Of a stretch of 64,000 bases of DNA, positions 50,074-59,936 are shown piece by piece. The notes beneath the pieces are model-generated. The model had not been told where the DNA came from and did not search any database. It was given only the letters and a program-made list of their open reading frames with translations. The position numbers and the translations under genes are program-made. The DNA lies in contig CAWBAV010000006.1 of the NCBI GenBank assembly GCA_963786865.1, positions 436,592-500,591 of the forward strand, read 5' to 3'. The DNA is from an uncultured delta proteobacterium (GTDB lineage: Bacteria; Myxococcota_A; Polyangia; Polyangiales; Houyiibacteriaceae). Numbering within the stretch: the stretch's first letter is position 1; each line of letters starts with the position of its first letter.

Positions 50074-50099
50074 TAAGAAACGAGTGTAAGAAACGAGTG
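50074..50099. repeat. Perfect 13-bp tandem duplication (taagaaacgagtg x2)
   Basis: Lies immediately upstream (minus-strand sense) of the Shine-Dalgarno of the lipoprotein gene. Confidence 0.9.
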
Positions 50100-50232
50100 G
50101 GAGGCGGGCGTCAGGCACCTTGCGATGGGTGCGGTGTTGCTCCGAGCCTGTCAACGATCGAATGAAACGACCACCGACCCAACCGACATCGGAATCTGAG
50201 ATGCGGCCGCTCGCGTGTGGAGCTGATGGCCC

Positions 50233-50943
50233 CTACGGGCGCGTTCCTCGTGCGGCTCTTATTCGGACACGGGCGATGCGTGTGATGCGCCATGTCGCGG
50301 CAGCCACGGCAACCAGTCCGACGAGCAAACCGATGCCTTTGGCCTCCCAATTCGTATGGCCTTGTCCGGCCATCTCGGTGACGTGCGCAGCGGTGGTGCC
50401 CAGATAGACGTCGACGAATATGTGTGGAGCGATGCCCAGTGTGCCGATCGCCACCGAACGAGGCAGGACGCGGAGCGCGCCGAGCGCATAACTGAGGATT
50501 GCGGGATTCGTGGGAATCATGCGCAGCCAGAACACCAGTCCCGGTCCCCCTGAACCTGCGGCAGTAGCCGCGTCGCGGATCTTCGGTCTTCGCTCGAGCT
50601 CACGGAGGACGGGCGCACGCAGCAGGCGCTTGCCAATGACGTACACCAGCATGTTGCCCAGGTAGACAGATCCAAAATAATAGACGTAACCTTTCCATAG
50701 CCCAAAGACCGCCCCGGCGATCAGACCGAAGATGAAGTTCGGAAGGAAGAGGGGCTGCAAGATGATGATCGTGATTGCGTAGACGATTGGCCCCCAGGGT
50801 CCGAGCTTTTCGATGGCATGCTCGGCTTGGGGAACGTACTCGGCGAGGTGATGGCCCTCGATGGCGAGCCCCACGATGAGCAGGACGCCGAAGACCCAAG
50901 CGATGGGGCGACCCTTGATCTTCAGCTCTCCTTCGGAACTCAT
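50233..50943 (-). CDS. TVP38/TMEM64 (DedA-related) family membrane protein
   Basis: Multi-TM protein with the segment LQPLFLPNFIFGLIAGAVFGLWKGYVYYFGSVYLGNMLVYVIGKRLLR. The ATG at 50943 was chosen. Confidence 0.75.
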   Translation of the reverse strand: MSSEGELKIKGRPIAWVFGVLLIVGLAIEGHHLAEYVPQAEHAIEKLGPWGPIVYAITIIILQPLFLPNFIFGLIAGAVFGLWKGYVYYFGSVYLGNMLVYVIGKRLLRAPVLRELERRPKIRDAATAAGSGGPGLVFWLRMIPTNPAILSYALGALRVLPRSVAIGTLGIAPHIFVDVYLGTTAAHVTEMAGQGHTNWEAKGIGLLVGLVAVAAATWRITRIARVRIRAARGTRP

Positions 50944-51032
50944 GGGTATGCTTCTACGGGACCACCGGGTTTGGGGGAGACATTCGAGGCAATCCAAAGG
51001 GTTCCCTCGGAGGATATGGTACAAGGCGAAAA

Positions 51033-52490
<1,458 letters not shown>

Positions 52491-52610
52491 GGATTTTCGC
52501 GGCCGCGCAAGCCCCGAGAATCGGCCGCGCAAGCCACGAATCGAGTTCTGAGAATCAAATTTGCAGATCCTCGTTCGTCGTCGCTGCCCTAAACGGCTCA
52601 GGGGAGAAAT

Positions 52611-53369
52611 ATGCGCAAGTACGTCTGGTTAGTTTTGAGTATTGGGTTGACCCTCAGCCTTGTTGGTTGTGGTGACGATGTGAGCAGCGGTGGCGGGGGC
52701 TCTGCCGGCAGCGGCGAAACCGCGGGCAGTGGCGGAACCGCCGGCAGTGGTGGAACAGGTGGAGCTTCAACGGCAACGGTGAGCGGCATCGTGTACGCGG
52801 CCACCGAAGGTGACTCCGTCACATTCGCCGGGGCCACGGTTTCGATTCCCGGGACCTCCTTTTCGACGACCAGCGGACCCGACGGTTCGTTTTCGATCGA
52901 GGCTCCAATCGGCACGACTACGATCCTCGCGACCGCGACCGGTCATTGGGGTGATCTACAGGCCGGCGTCGTCCCCGCGGGCGGCGGGAGTGGGGTAGAG
53001 CTCGAGGTCCTTCCCGACGCTTTGGTCGGTCAGGTCGCCGGTGCCTTGGGGGAAACCGCCGATCCCTCCAAAGGGCTCGTCGCGGTCATCTACGATGAGG
53101 ACGTCGCCGTCGGCGGCGAGACCGCAGACCTCGGAGTCAACTACGGCTTCGCGTTCGTCTTCGACGCGGGCGATGGAAACCCGGTGGAGGGCAACATGCT
53201 CCTCGCCGGCGGCGGAAGCGAAGTCATCTTCGCAAACGTCGACGTGAGCGCCAACGTCATGCCGAGCGCCACCGACGCGAGCGATCAAGACTGCGCGTTC
53301 GAGTTTCCAGATGCCGTCTACCCGAGTCAGGCAAAGGTGCTCACCGAGGTCGCGATGACCTGTCCATAA
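52611..53369 (+). CDS. Lipoprotein with Gly/Ser linker and carboxypeptidase-regulatory-like domain
   Basis: GGGGAGAAAT ATG. Lipobox LSLVGC. GSAGSGETAGSGGTAGSGGTGG linker. VSGIVYAAT..GATVSIPG..TSGPDGSFSIEAP. Confidence 0.75.
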   Translation: MRKYVWLVLSIGLTLSLVGCGDDVSSGGGGSAGSGETAGSGGTAGSGGTGGASTATVSGIVYAATEGDSVTFAGATVSIPGTSFSTTSGPDGSFSIEAPIGTTTILATATGHWGDLQAGVVPAGGGSGVELEVLPDALVGQVAGALGETADPSKGLVAVIYDEDVAVGGETADLGVNYGFAFVFDAGDGNPVEGNMLLAGGGSEVIFANVDVSANVMPSATDASDQDCAFEFPDAVYPSQAKVLTEVAMTCP

Positions 53370-53399
53370 ACGCGGTAAGCAAAGCATGAGGTGACAAGC

Positions 53400-53437
53400 G
53401 GGCTGGCGACTGAGTCGTCAGCCCGTTTCTTCTTTGT
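53400..53437 (+). terminator. Rho-independent terminator
   Basis: 11-bp stem gggctggcgac/gtcgtcagccc (one G-U pair) with a short loop, followed by gtttcttctttgt. Confidence 0.6.
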
Positions 53438-53504
53438 CAGTCCGATGCGGCCCGGGGGTGACGGGGGTATCGCATCTTGGTAAAAGGGCCTCGAGGAGGT
53501 TGCC

Positions 53505-55175
53505 ATGCATGGACTGCGTCGGTTCGCAACGCTTTCTTGCGCTCTGCTGATCACCTTCGGTTGCGCGTCGTCCCCGAACGTCACGCCATCGATCCCAAAG
53601 CCGTCGGAACCGACGGCGCCGCTCCTCGAAGGCATGGGGGACTTGCATTGGGCGGTCACCACCAATTCGGAGCTCGCGCAGCGCTACTTCGACCAAGCCC
53701 TGACGCTTGCGTACGGGTTCAATCACCTGGAAGCCGAACGCTCGTTTCGCGAAGCAGCCCGACTCGATGACGACTGTGCCATCTGTTTCTGGGGCGCGGC
53801 GCTGGTGCTCGGACCCAACATCAACGACCCCGTGCCGACGCCTGAGCGAGAGTTAGAGGCCTACCAGACTTTGGAAGAGGCCAAAGCGCGGTTGCCTCGG
53901 GCGAGCGAAAAGGAACGCGCCTTGATCGAGGCGCTTGGCGCCCGCTACGCGGCATCGCCACCGTCGGAGCGCACGGCGCTCGACCATGCGTACGCCGACG
54001 CGATGAGAACGGTCGCCCGACGGTTTCCTGACGACCTCCAGATTCAAACGCTTTTCGCCGAAGCGATGATGGATACGATGCCTTGGGCGTACTGGACCGA
54101 GGACGGGAAACCCAAGCCGCTCACCGAAGAGGTCTTTGCGACGCTCGATTTCGTACTGGAGAACGACCCCGATCATCCCGGCGCGAATCATTTCTACATT
54201 CACGCTGTCGAGCAAGAGCAGCCAGAGCGCGGAGTCGCTCCCGCCGACAGATTGCGGCGTGTGGTTCCCGGCGCCGGCCACTTGGTACACATGCCCTCGC
54301 ATATCTACATTCGGGTCGGGCGCTACCACGATGGCTCTCTTGCGAACGAGCTCGCTGTCACAGCCGACAACGACTACGTCACACAATGCCGCGCACAGGG
54401 CATCTACCCGGTGGCTTACGTGCCGCATAACCATCACTTCCTTTGGGCGACCACGACGATGGAGGGGCGTAGCGCGGACGCGATCGCTGCCGCACGTCAC
54501 ACCGCTGCGCACGTCGACCGTTCATTGATGCGCGAACCTGAGCTGGCGATGCTTCAGCACTTCTCCGCGATTCCCTACTACGCCCTGGTGCGGTTCGGGA
54601 AGTGGGACGAGATTCTGCGTGAGCCCGCTCCCGACGCGGACCTGCTCTATCCCACGGCGGTCTGGCACTACGCGCGTGGCATCGCGTACGCGCGCGAGGG
54701 GAAACTCAAACAAGCCAGGGCAGAGCTCGACCGCGTGCGCGCGATCGCGGTCGATCCACGCCTCCAACCGTTGCGGATCTGGGGCCTCAATCCGATGAGC
54801 TCGTTGGCGGAGATCGCGGGGGCAGTGCTCCATGCGGAGATTGCCGCGGCACGCAACGACACCAAGACAGCCGTCGCCGAGCTCCGAAAAGCGATCGCGA
54901 TCGAAGACGGCTTGATCTACGGCGAGCCACCCGATTGGTTCTACCCGGTTCGCCACAACCTCGGGGCCGTTCTGCTCGAGGCAGGCCGTGCACGCGCCGC
55001 AGAAAAGGTCTATCGAGAGGACCTTGCTCGATTCCCCGACAACGGCTGGTCGCTATTCGGGCTGGCCCAGAGCCTTCGTGCACAAGGCAAGGCGCAAGAA
55101 GCCGCGGAGGTGCTGGTTCGCTTCAAGACGGCTTGGCAGTACGCTGACATCGAGATCACGGCCTCGCGCTTCTAG
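53505..55175 (+). CDS. TPR-repeat lipoprotein
   Basis: Lipobox LITFGC. Helical-repeat sequence throughout, with the conserved-looking segment GAGHLVHMPSHIYIRVGRYHD. Confidence 0.7.
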   Translation: MHGLRRFATLSCALLITFGCASSPNVTPSIPKPSEPTAPLLEGMGDLHWAVTTNSELAQRYFDQALTLAYGFNHLEAERSFREAARLDDDCAICFWGAALVLGPNINDPVPTPERELEAYQTLEEAKARLPRASEKERALIEALGARYAASPPSERTALDHAYADAMRTVARRFPDDLQIQTLFAEAMMDTMPWAYWTEDGKPKPLTEEVFATLDFVLENDPDHPGANHFYIHAVEQEQPERGVAPADRLRRVVPGAGHLVHMPSHIYIRVGRYHDGSLANELAVTADNDYVTQCRAQGIYPVAYVPHNHHFLWATTTMEGRSADAIAAARHTAAHVDRSLMREPELAMLQHFSAIPYYALVRFGKWDEILREPAPDADLLYPTAVWHYARGIAYAREGKLKQARAELDRVRAIAVDPRLQPLRIWGLNPMSSLAEIAGAVLHAEIAAARNDTKTAVAELRKAIAIEDGLIYGEPPDWFYPVRHNLGAVLLEAGRARAAEKVYREDLARFPDNGWSLFGLAQSLRAQGKAQEAAEVLVRFKTAWQYADIEITASRF

Positions 55176-55846
55176 GATCCGCCTGCAAGCGCGCGCAGGT
55201 CACCCTCGAGCTTGCTGAGCCCCTCATCGTCGGAGCGGTAGTAACCTCGAATTCGGGCTCGGTTGTCCACGAGGGCGAACGAATTCGAGTGGGTGAGCTC
55301 GGGCGACCATTGCGTTCGGCCGTATCCCACTTTGAAGCCACCGATCACGAAGTCTTGAACGGCGTCTTCCGTTCCCGTCACGAACCTCCAGTTGTCTTCG
55401 TCGAGAGCGTTGGCCGTCATGTAGGCCTTGATGACTTCGGGAGTGTCGTTGCGCGGGTCGACGCTCACGGAGAGGAATCGCGCACCGGGCACATCGGTGA
55501 GCCGGCCTTGAAGCTTCTTCATCTGAGCCGTCAGGCGCGGACAGGTTGCCCGGCAATGTGTGAATACGAAGGCAGCCACCCAGACTCCATCTCGTATCGA
55601 TTCCCGCAGGAACGGCTGGCCATCCTGGTCGACCAGTGAGAAATCCGGGAGCTCCGCAACGACCGGCAGGGATACGCCGCTCTCCTTGGAGCAACCGAGC
55701 GCCACGGAGGCCACGCTCAGCGCGGCGATCAGCAGCAGAGCGTGAAGAGACCGGATTTCGGGGTTGAAACTCGGTGCACCGTTGACAGCGGCTGGCTGAT
55801 ACCATACGGCTCGCCGTCGAGCCTGACTGTTGAGGAGAGGTGCCAT
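55172..55846 (-). CDS. SCO1/SenC-family copper chaperone (thioredoxin fold)
   Basis: CxxxC motif in FVFTHCRATCP, plus SVDPRNDTPEV and the conserved His in THSNSFALVD. Lipobox-like VALGC. The start is uncertain: the ORF extends to 56014. Confidence 0.8.
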   Translation of the reverse strand: MAPLLNSQARRRAVWYQPAAVNGAPSFNPEIRSLHALLLIAALSVASVALGCSKESGVSLPVVAELPDFSLVDQDGQPFLRESIRDGVWVAAFVFTHCRATCPRLTAQMKKLQGRLTDVPGARFLSVSVDPRNDTPEVIKAYMTANALDEDNWRFVTGTEDAVQDFVIGGFKVGYGRTQWSPELTHSNSFALVDNRARIRGYYRSDDEGLSKLEGDLRALAGGS

Positions 55847-57452
55847 GAGGTTTTCGAGACGAGTCTTCTTTGTAGCGAGCGTGCTGGCAACCGTTCTTGC
55901 GGCAGCTTGCGGGAGCACCGAGTCGGGCAGCTCCCCCGACTTCAGTGAATCCGGATCCGTTGCAGCTTTCGAGCAACTCCCATTCGTGTCCAACGAGCAG
56001 CTCGGGATGTTCAACTACATCCATTCGATCTCGGTGACGCCGCCTGATGCGATCAACAGCGAGGACTGGGGACCGGACATTCCTTTTGGCGCGGCAGCGG
56101 GAAGCGGCGCGCCTGGTGGTGCGGTCAACATGCACCGCTACACGATTGCGTTCACCGGCTACGGCATCTCCATGCTCGCCGAGATGACGCCCGCCTATCG
56201 CGAGCGGCACATCGAAACGATCGACGGAATGATCCAGAAGCTCCTCAATCCGCTGGTCTGGGACTACTGGATGCGGGGCGATGAGCTGGGCTTCGACTGG
56301 GGCGGGGCCAACCCCATACACCCGTACAACATCATGTACACAGGCCATCTGCAGCTGCTGATGGCGTTCTACGAGCGACAGGCTGGCGACGGTAAATACC
56401 TCGACAACGACGTCGAGCTCACCACCGAGGATGGGTCCCAGACCTGGACCACCAACCTGGCCGCGCTCTCGCAGGACATCTACCAGCAGAGCCTGAGTAA
56501 CCAGGACAGCAATGGCGAGAACTTCTACTCGGTTAGTTGCGAAACGCCATGGGTGTTCACTTGCTGCAACACGATCGCTCAGCTCGCGTTTGCCATACTT
56601 CCCGACTCGATCGGAATCGACGCTGGGGAGGCCAACACCCGCTTCGTCGAATGGCACGGCGAGCACATGCTCGATCCCGACACCAAGTACTACTACAACC
56701 GCTACAAGCCATACGAAGCCGAGCCGCAATTCGACAAGGTCCAACCAGGCGCATATTCGTCCTGGGCACATCATTTCATGCACGGCTTTGCTCCGGACTT
56801 CGTCGAACAGCACTATCCCGATTTCATCCGCAATGCAGTCGAGGTCATCGAACCGGGTACCGGCATCGTGAGCTTCGGAAGCAACCGCAACGGAGCGGTC
56901 GAGTCGCTGACCCTGGTCGACATGATCGGCACTGGCTACGCCGCAGTCCTGACACGAGAGATGGGCGATGCGGACAACTACGCTTTGCTGCGCAAGGGGT
57001 TCGATGCCGTGGCGGGTGAACGAATCTGGGTTGGCAACCAGTACGGCTTCCTCAATCGCTCCGAATGGCCGGTGTTCATGGTCTTTCCGAATGGCTTCAC
57101 GCTTTGGGCGGAAGCGACTAGCGCAGAGAACAACTTCCGCTCCGTCGTCGAGAATCCGCGGGGTCCAGACTTTTACGCTCAGCCCTTCGTCAAACACGTC
57201 TCCAATGCAGATGCTTTCATCAACCAGGCAACCTGGGCGGAGCCGGTTCTTTACGTAACGGTCAACGGTGCGGGCGTGACCACTGAGACAACCGACATCG
57301 TCGTCTCCAACCTCGATCCAAACGGCGCCTATCGCGTCTATGCAGGCGAGGACATCTATACGAGTTGGACGCGCTCAGGAGCCGAGTTGACCATCACTAC
57401 GCCGCCGCTTTCGAGCGACCTTCTGAAGCTTCGAGTCGTCGAAGCGCGGTGA
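55845..57452 (+). CDS. Hypothetical lipoprotein (Trp/Tyr-rich, possibly alpha/alpha-toroid)
   Basis: GGAGAGG Shine-Dalgarno before the ATG at 55845. Signal peptide with lipobox LAAAC. No family confidently recognised. Confidence 0.65.
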   Translation: MRFSRRVFFVASVLATVLAAACGSTESGSSPDFSESGSVAAFEQLPFVSNEQLGMFNYIHSISVTPPDAINSEDWGPDIPFGAAAGSGAPGGAVNMHRYTIAFTGYGISMLAEMTPAYRERHIETIDGMIQKLLNPLVWDYWMRGDELGFDWGGANPIHPYNIMYTGHLQLLMAFYERQAGDGKYLDNDVELTTEDGSQTWTTNLAALSQDIYQQSLSNQDSNGENFYSVSCETPWVFTCCNTIAQLAFAILPDSIGIDAGEANTRFVEWHGEHMLDPDTKYYYNRYKPYEAEPQFDKVQPGAYSSWAHHFMHGFAPDFVEQHYPDFIRNAVEVIEPGTGIVSFGSNRNGAVESLTLVDMIGTGYAAVLTREMGDADNYALLRKGFDAVAGERIWVGNQYGFLNRSEWPVFMVFPNGFTLWAEATSAENNFRSVVENPRGPDFYAQPFVKHVSNADAFINQATWAEPVLYVTVNGAGVTTETTDIVVSNLDPNGAYRVYAGEDIYTSWTRSGAELTITTPPLSSDLLKLRVVEAR

Positions 57453-57486
57453 GGGAGCGAAATCGGCTTCGACGCCTCGGTGGTGT

Positions 57487-58247
57487 CTACATATCTCCGT
57501 AGGCGTGCTGGAGGAGGGTCAGACCAGCGAATACGGCAGTCTCCGCTCGCAGAACGCGTCCTCCCATCCGAAGGGGGCGAGCCCCACGCGCCTCGAGCAT
57601 GCTTCGCTCCTCGTCGCTCCAGCCTCCTTCGGGACCGACTGCGAAGACGATGCGAACGTCCTGCGCGGTCCGCGCCCGAAGCTGCGTCGTCGAGAGCGCG
57701 CCCACCCGAGGGCCGATCGTCGAGATAGACGCGGAGGTCTGCCCCGGTGAAGCACTCATCTTCCAGGATGGAGGCGAGCTCGATGGGTTCCCGCACTTCG
57801 GGAAGGCTCGCGCGTCGGCATTGACGCGCGGCGCGCAGCGCTTGCTTCGGCCAGGCATGGGCCTTTTCATGATCCAGACCCTCACGTGGCACCGAGCGCT
57901 CCGAGAGCACCGGGACGATGCGCATCGCTCCCGAGCTCGGTGGCTTTCTGGACTACGACCAGCATGCGCTGCCTCGCGAGCACGGCGCAGAGCAGGGTGA
58001 TCTCCGCGGGCGACTCCGTAGAGCCCGCCATCCGTTCGTAGACCAGGGCTTCGCCGCCACCCTTCTTCAATACTTTCAGTGAGGCGCGAAAGAAATCTCC
58101 TGCGCGGTCCACGATGGTGAAGGCCTCCTTCTCTCGAATCTCGCGACGGCGCAGCGCCCGCGCCTGAAAGGCGTCGAGCGCGATTCGGTCGCCCTCCGCG
58201 AGCGCGGTGGCATGGCGCAGTGGCGCGTTGAGGGAGGGCGATTCCAT
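57487..58247 (-). pseudogene. rsmE: 16S rRNA m3U1498 methyltransferase RsmE, split over three frames (two frameshifts)
   Basis: Frame a ends ..LLCAVLARQRMLVVVQKATELG. Frame b carries RIVPVLSERSV..LPEVREP. Frame c carries VRIVFAVGPEGGWSDEE..RVLRAETA. Together these reconstitute a full RsmE. The junctions lie near 57930 and near 57700. Confidence 0.8.
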
Positions 58248-58367
58248 GGGCTGAGCATAGGCTTCTTCGCGTCCCAGTCGACGCTCGCTATCGTCCCCGT
58301 GCGAAGTTCCCGGCAATGAGGCCGTCGTCGGCCATGACTCCGCCCGCGAGCCCTGCTAGCGTCCTCT

Positions 58368-59924
58368 ATGGCATCGAACACTCAGTCACGAGGTAAGAAG
58401 AGCAGGGTCGTCGTCCGGCAGTTGCAGAAGTCGGATTTCCGGGACGTGCAGCGCGTACACAGCGGCGCCTACCCGAACCTCGAGTCCTGGTCTTTCCAGC
58501 AGTTCGCGAGTCAGCTCGATCTCTTTCCCGAGGGACAGCTCTGCGTCGAAGTCGATGGACGCGTCGTAGCCACGTCTGGCTCGCTCATCATCAATCTGCA
58601 CGATCTCTCGTCGAGTCACACGTACCACGACGTGTGCGAGGGCGGGATGATCCGGACCCACGATCCCGATGGTGACACACTCTATGGCATCGACATCGCG
58701 GTCGATCCCGACTTCCGCGGACAGCGCTTCGCCCGCCGCATCTATGACGAGCGAAAAGAATTGGCCGGGCGTCTCAACTTGCGGGGCATCGTCTTTGGTG
58801 GCCGCATGCCAAACTACAGCCGCTATGCGGACGAGATATCGCCGCAAGAGTATCTCGCGAAGGTCTTGCGCAAGGAGATCCGCGATCCGGTGATACTCGC
58901 TCAAATCGCGAACGGTTTCGTCGCTCGCGAGGTGATCGAGGACTATTTGCCGAGCGACACGGCATCGAGTGGTCACGCCGTGCTGATGGAGTGGCGCAAT
59001 CCGTCGTTCGTCCCTCCCGACCCGAGGCGCAGGGCCGCAGGCGAGATGCGCGTTGCAGCGGTTCAATATCAGATGCGCACGGTGAAGAGCTTCGAGGAGT
59101 TTGCGACGCAGTGCGAGTTCTTCATCGATTCTGCCGCGGACTATCGGGTCGATTTCCTGTTGTTCCCGGAGCTTCTCACGACCCAGTTGCTCGCCCTCGT
59201 CACCGGCCCGAACCCCGCGCAGTCCGCCCGAGCCCTCGACCAGTTCACCCAGCGATACCTGTCGTTCTTCACCGACATGGCGATTCAATACAACGTCAAC
59301 ATCATCGCCGGGACGCACCTAGCGGTCGAGAAGAAGCGTCTCTACAACATCGCCTATCTCTTCCATCGCGATGGTCGAATCGACAAGCAGTACAAGATGC
59401 ACATCACCCCTTCGGAGGCGCGCTGGTGGGGTATCACGGCCGGCAGGGACATCAACGTGTTCGAGACCGACCGTGGCAAGATCGCCATTGCGATCTGCTA
59501 CGACGTCGAGTTCCCCGAAGTGGTGCGCATCACCAAGGCCAAGGGCGCAGACGTCTTGTTCATTCCGTACAACACCGACATTCGATCCGGTCACGTTCGG
59601 GTGAGAGCCTGCGCTCAGGCGAGGGCCATCGAAAATCACATGTACGTCGTCATGGCGGGAGCGGTCGGCAACTTGCCGCAGGTCGAGGGTGCGGACATTC
59701 ACTACGGTCAAGCTGCGATCCTCACGCCTTCCGACATTCAATTCGCCCGCGACGGCATCGCGTCTGAAGGAACGGAGAACGTAGAGACGATGATCGTGCA
59801 TGATCTCGACCTCGCACTCTTACGCCGTACCGAGGGCACCGGAACCGTCCGGACCTGGCCCGACCGCCGCAAGGATCTCTACGGCGTGCTTCACAAAACG
59901 GGTCGCAAGACCGAGCGTTTCTGA
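58368..59924 (+). CDS. Bifunctional GNAT N-acetyltransferase / carbon-nitrogen hydrolase (nitrilase superfamily)
   Basis: The N-terminus has the GNAT core GIDIAVDPDFRGQRFARRIYDERKE. The C-terminus has the CN-hydrolase triad context: LFPEL (Glu), YKMHITP (Lys) and AICYD (Cys). Confidence 0.85.
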   Translation: MASNTQSRGKKSRVVVRQLQKSDFRDVQRVHSGAYPNLESWSFQQFASQLDLFPEGQLCVEVDGRVVATSGSLIINLHDLSSSHTYHDVCEGGMIRTHDPDGDTLYGIDIAVDPDFRGQRFARRIYDERKELAGRLNLRGIVFGGRMPNYSRYADEISPQEYLAKVLRKEIRDPVILAQIANGFVAREVIEDYLPSDTASSGHAVLMEWRNPSFVPPDPRRRAAGEMRVAAVQYQMRTVKSFEEFATQCEFFIDSAADYRVDFLLFPELLTTQLLALVTGPNPAQSARALDQFTQRYLSFFTDMAIQYNVNIIAGTHLAVEKKRLYNIAYLFHRDGRIDKQYKMHITPSEARWWGITAGRDINVFETDRGKIAIAICYDVEFPEVVRITKAKGADVLFIPYNTDIRSGHVRVRACAQARAIENHMYVVMAGAVGNLPQVEGADIHYGQAAILTPSDIQFARDGIASEGTENVETMIVHDLDLALLRRTEGTGTVRTWPDRRKDLYGVLHKTGRKTERF

Positions 59925-59936
59925 CGGGCGCCTCCG

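Noticed and set aside
52509-52546. A 13-bp direct repeat (ggccgcgcaagcc x2, 24 bp apart) downstream of cls.
   Set aside because: It is short and GC-rich and contains the common gcggccgc palindrome. No associated structure or flanking feature suggests a function.
55224-57197. A very long (657-aa) minus-strand ORF, with similar long shadow ORFs at 50940-51956, 10792-11832, 12909-13814, 58386-59318, 31325-32086, 6594-7454 and 63259-63972.
   Set aside because: These run antisense to, or out of frame with, well-supported genes. Their translations are Arg/Ala/Pro/Gly-rich with no motifs, the typical stop-poor shadow frames of a high-GC genome.
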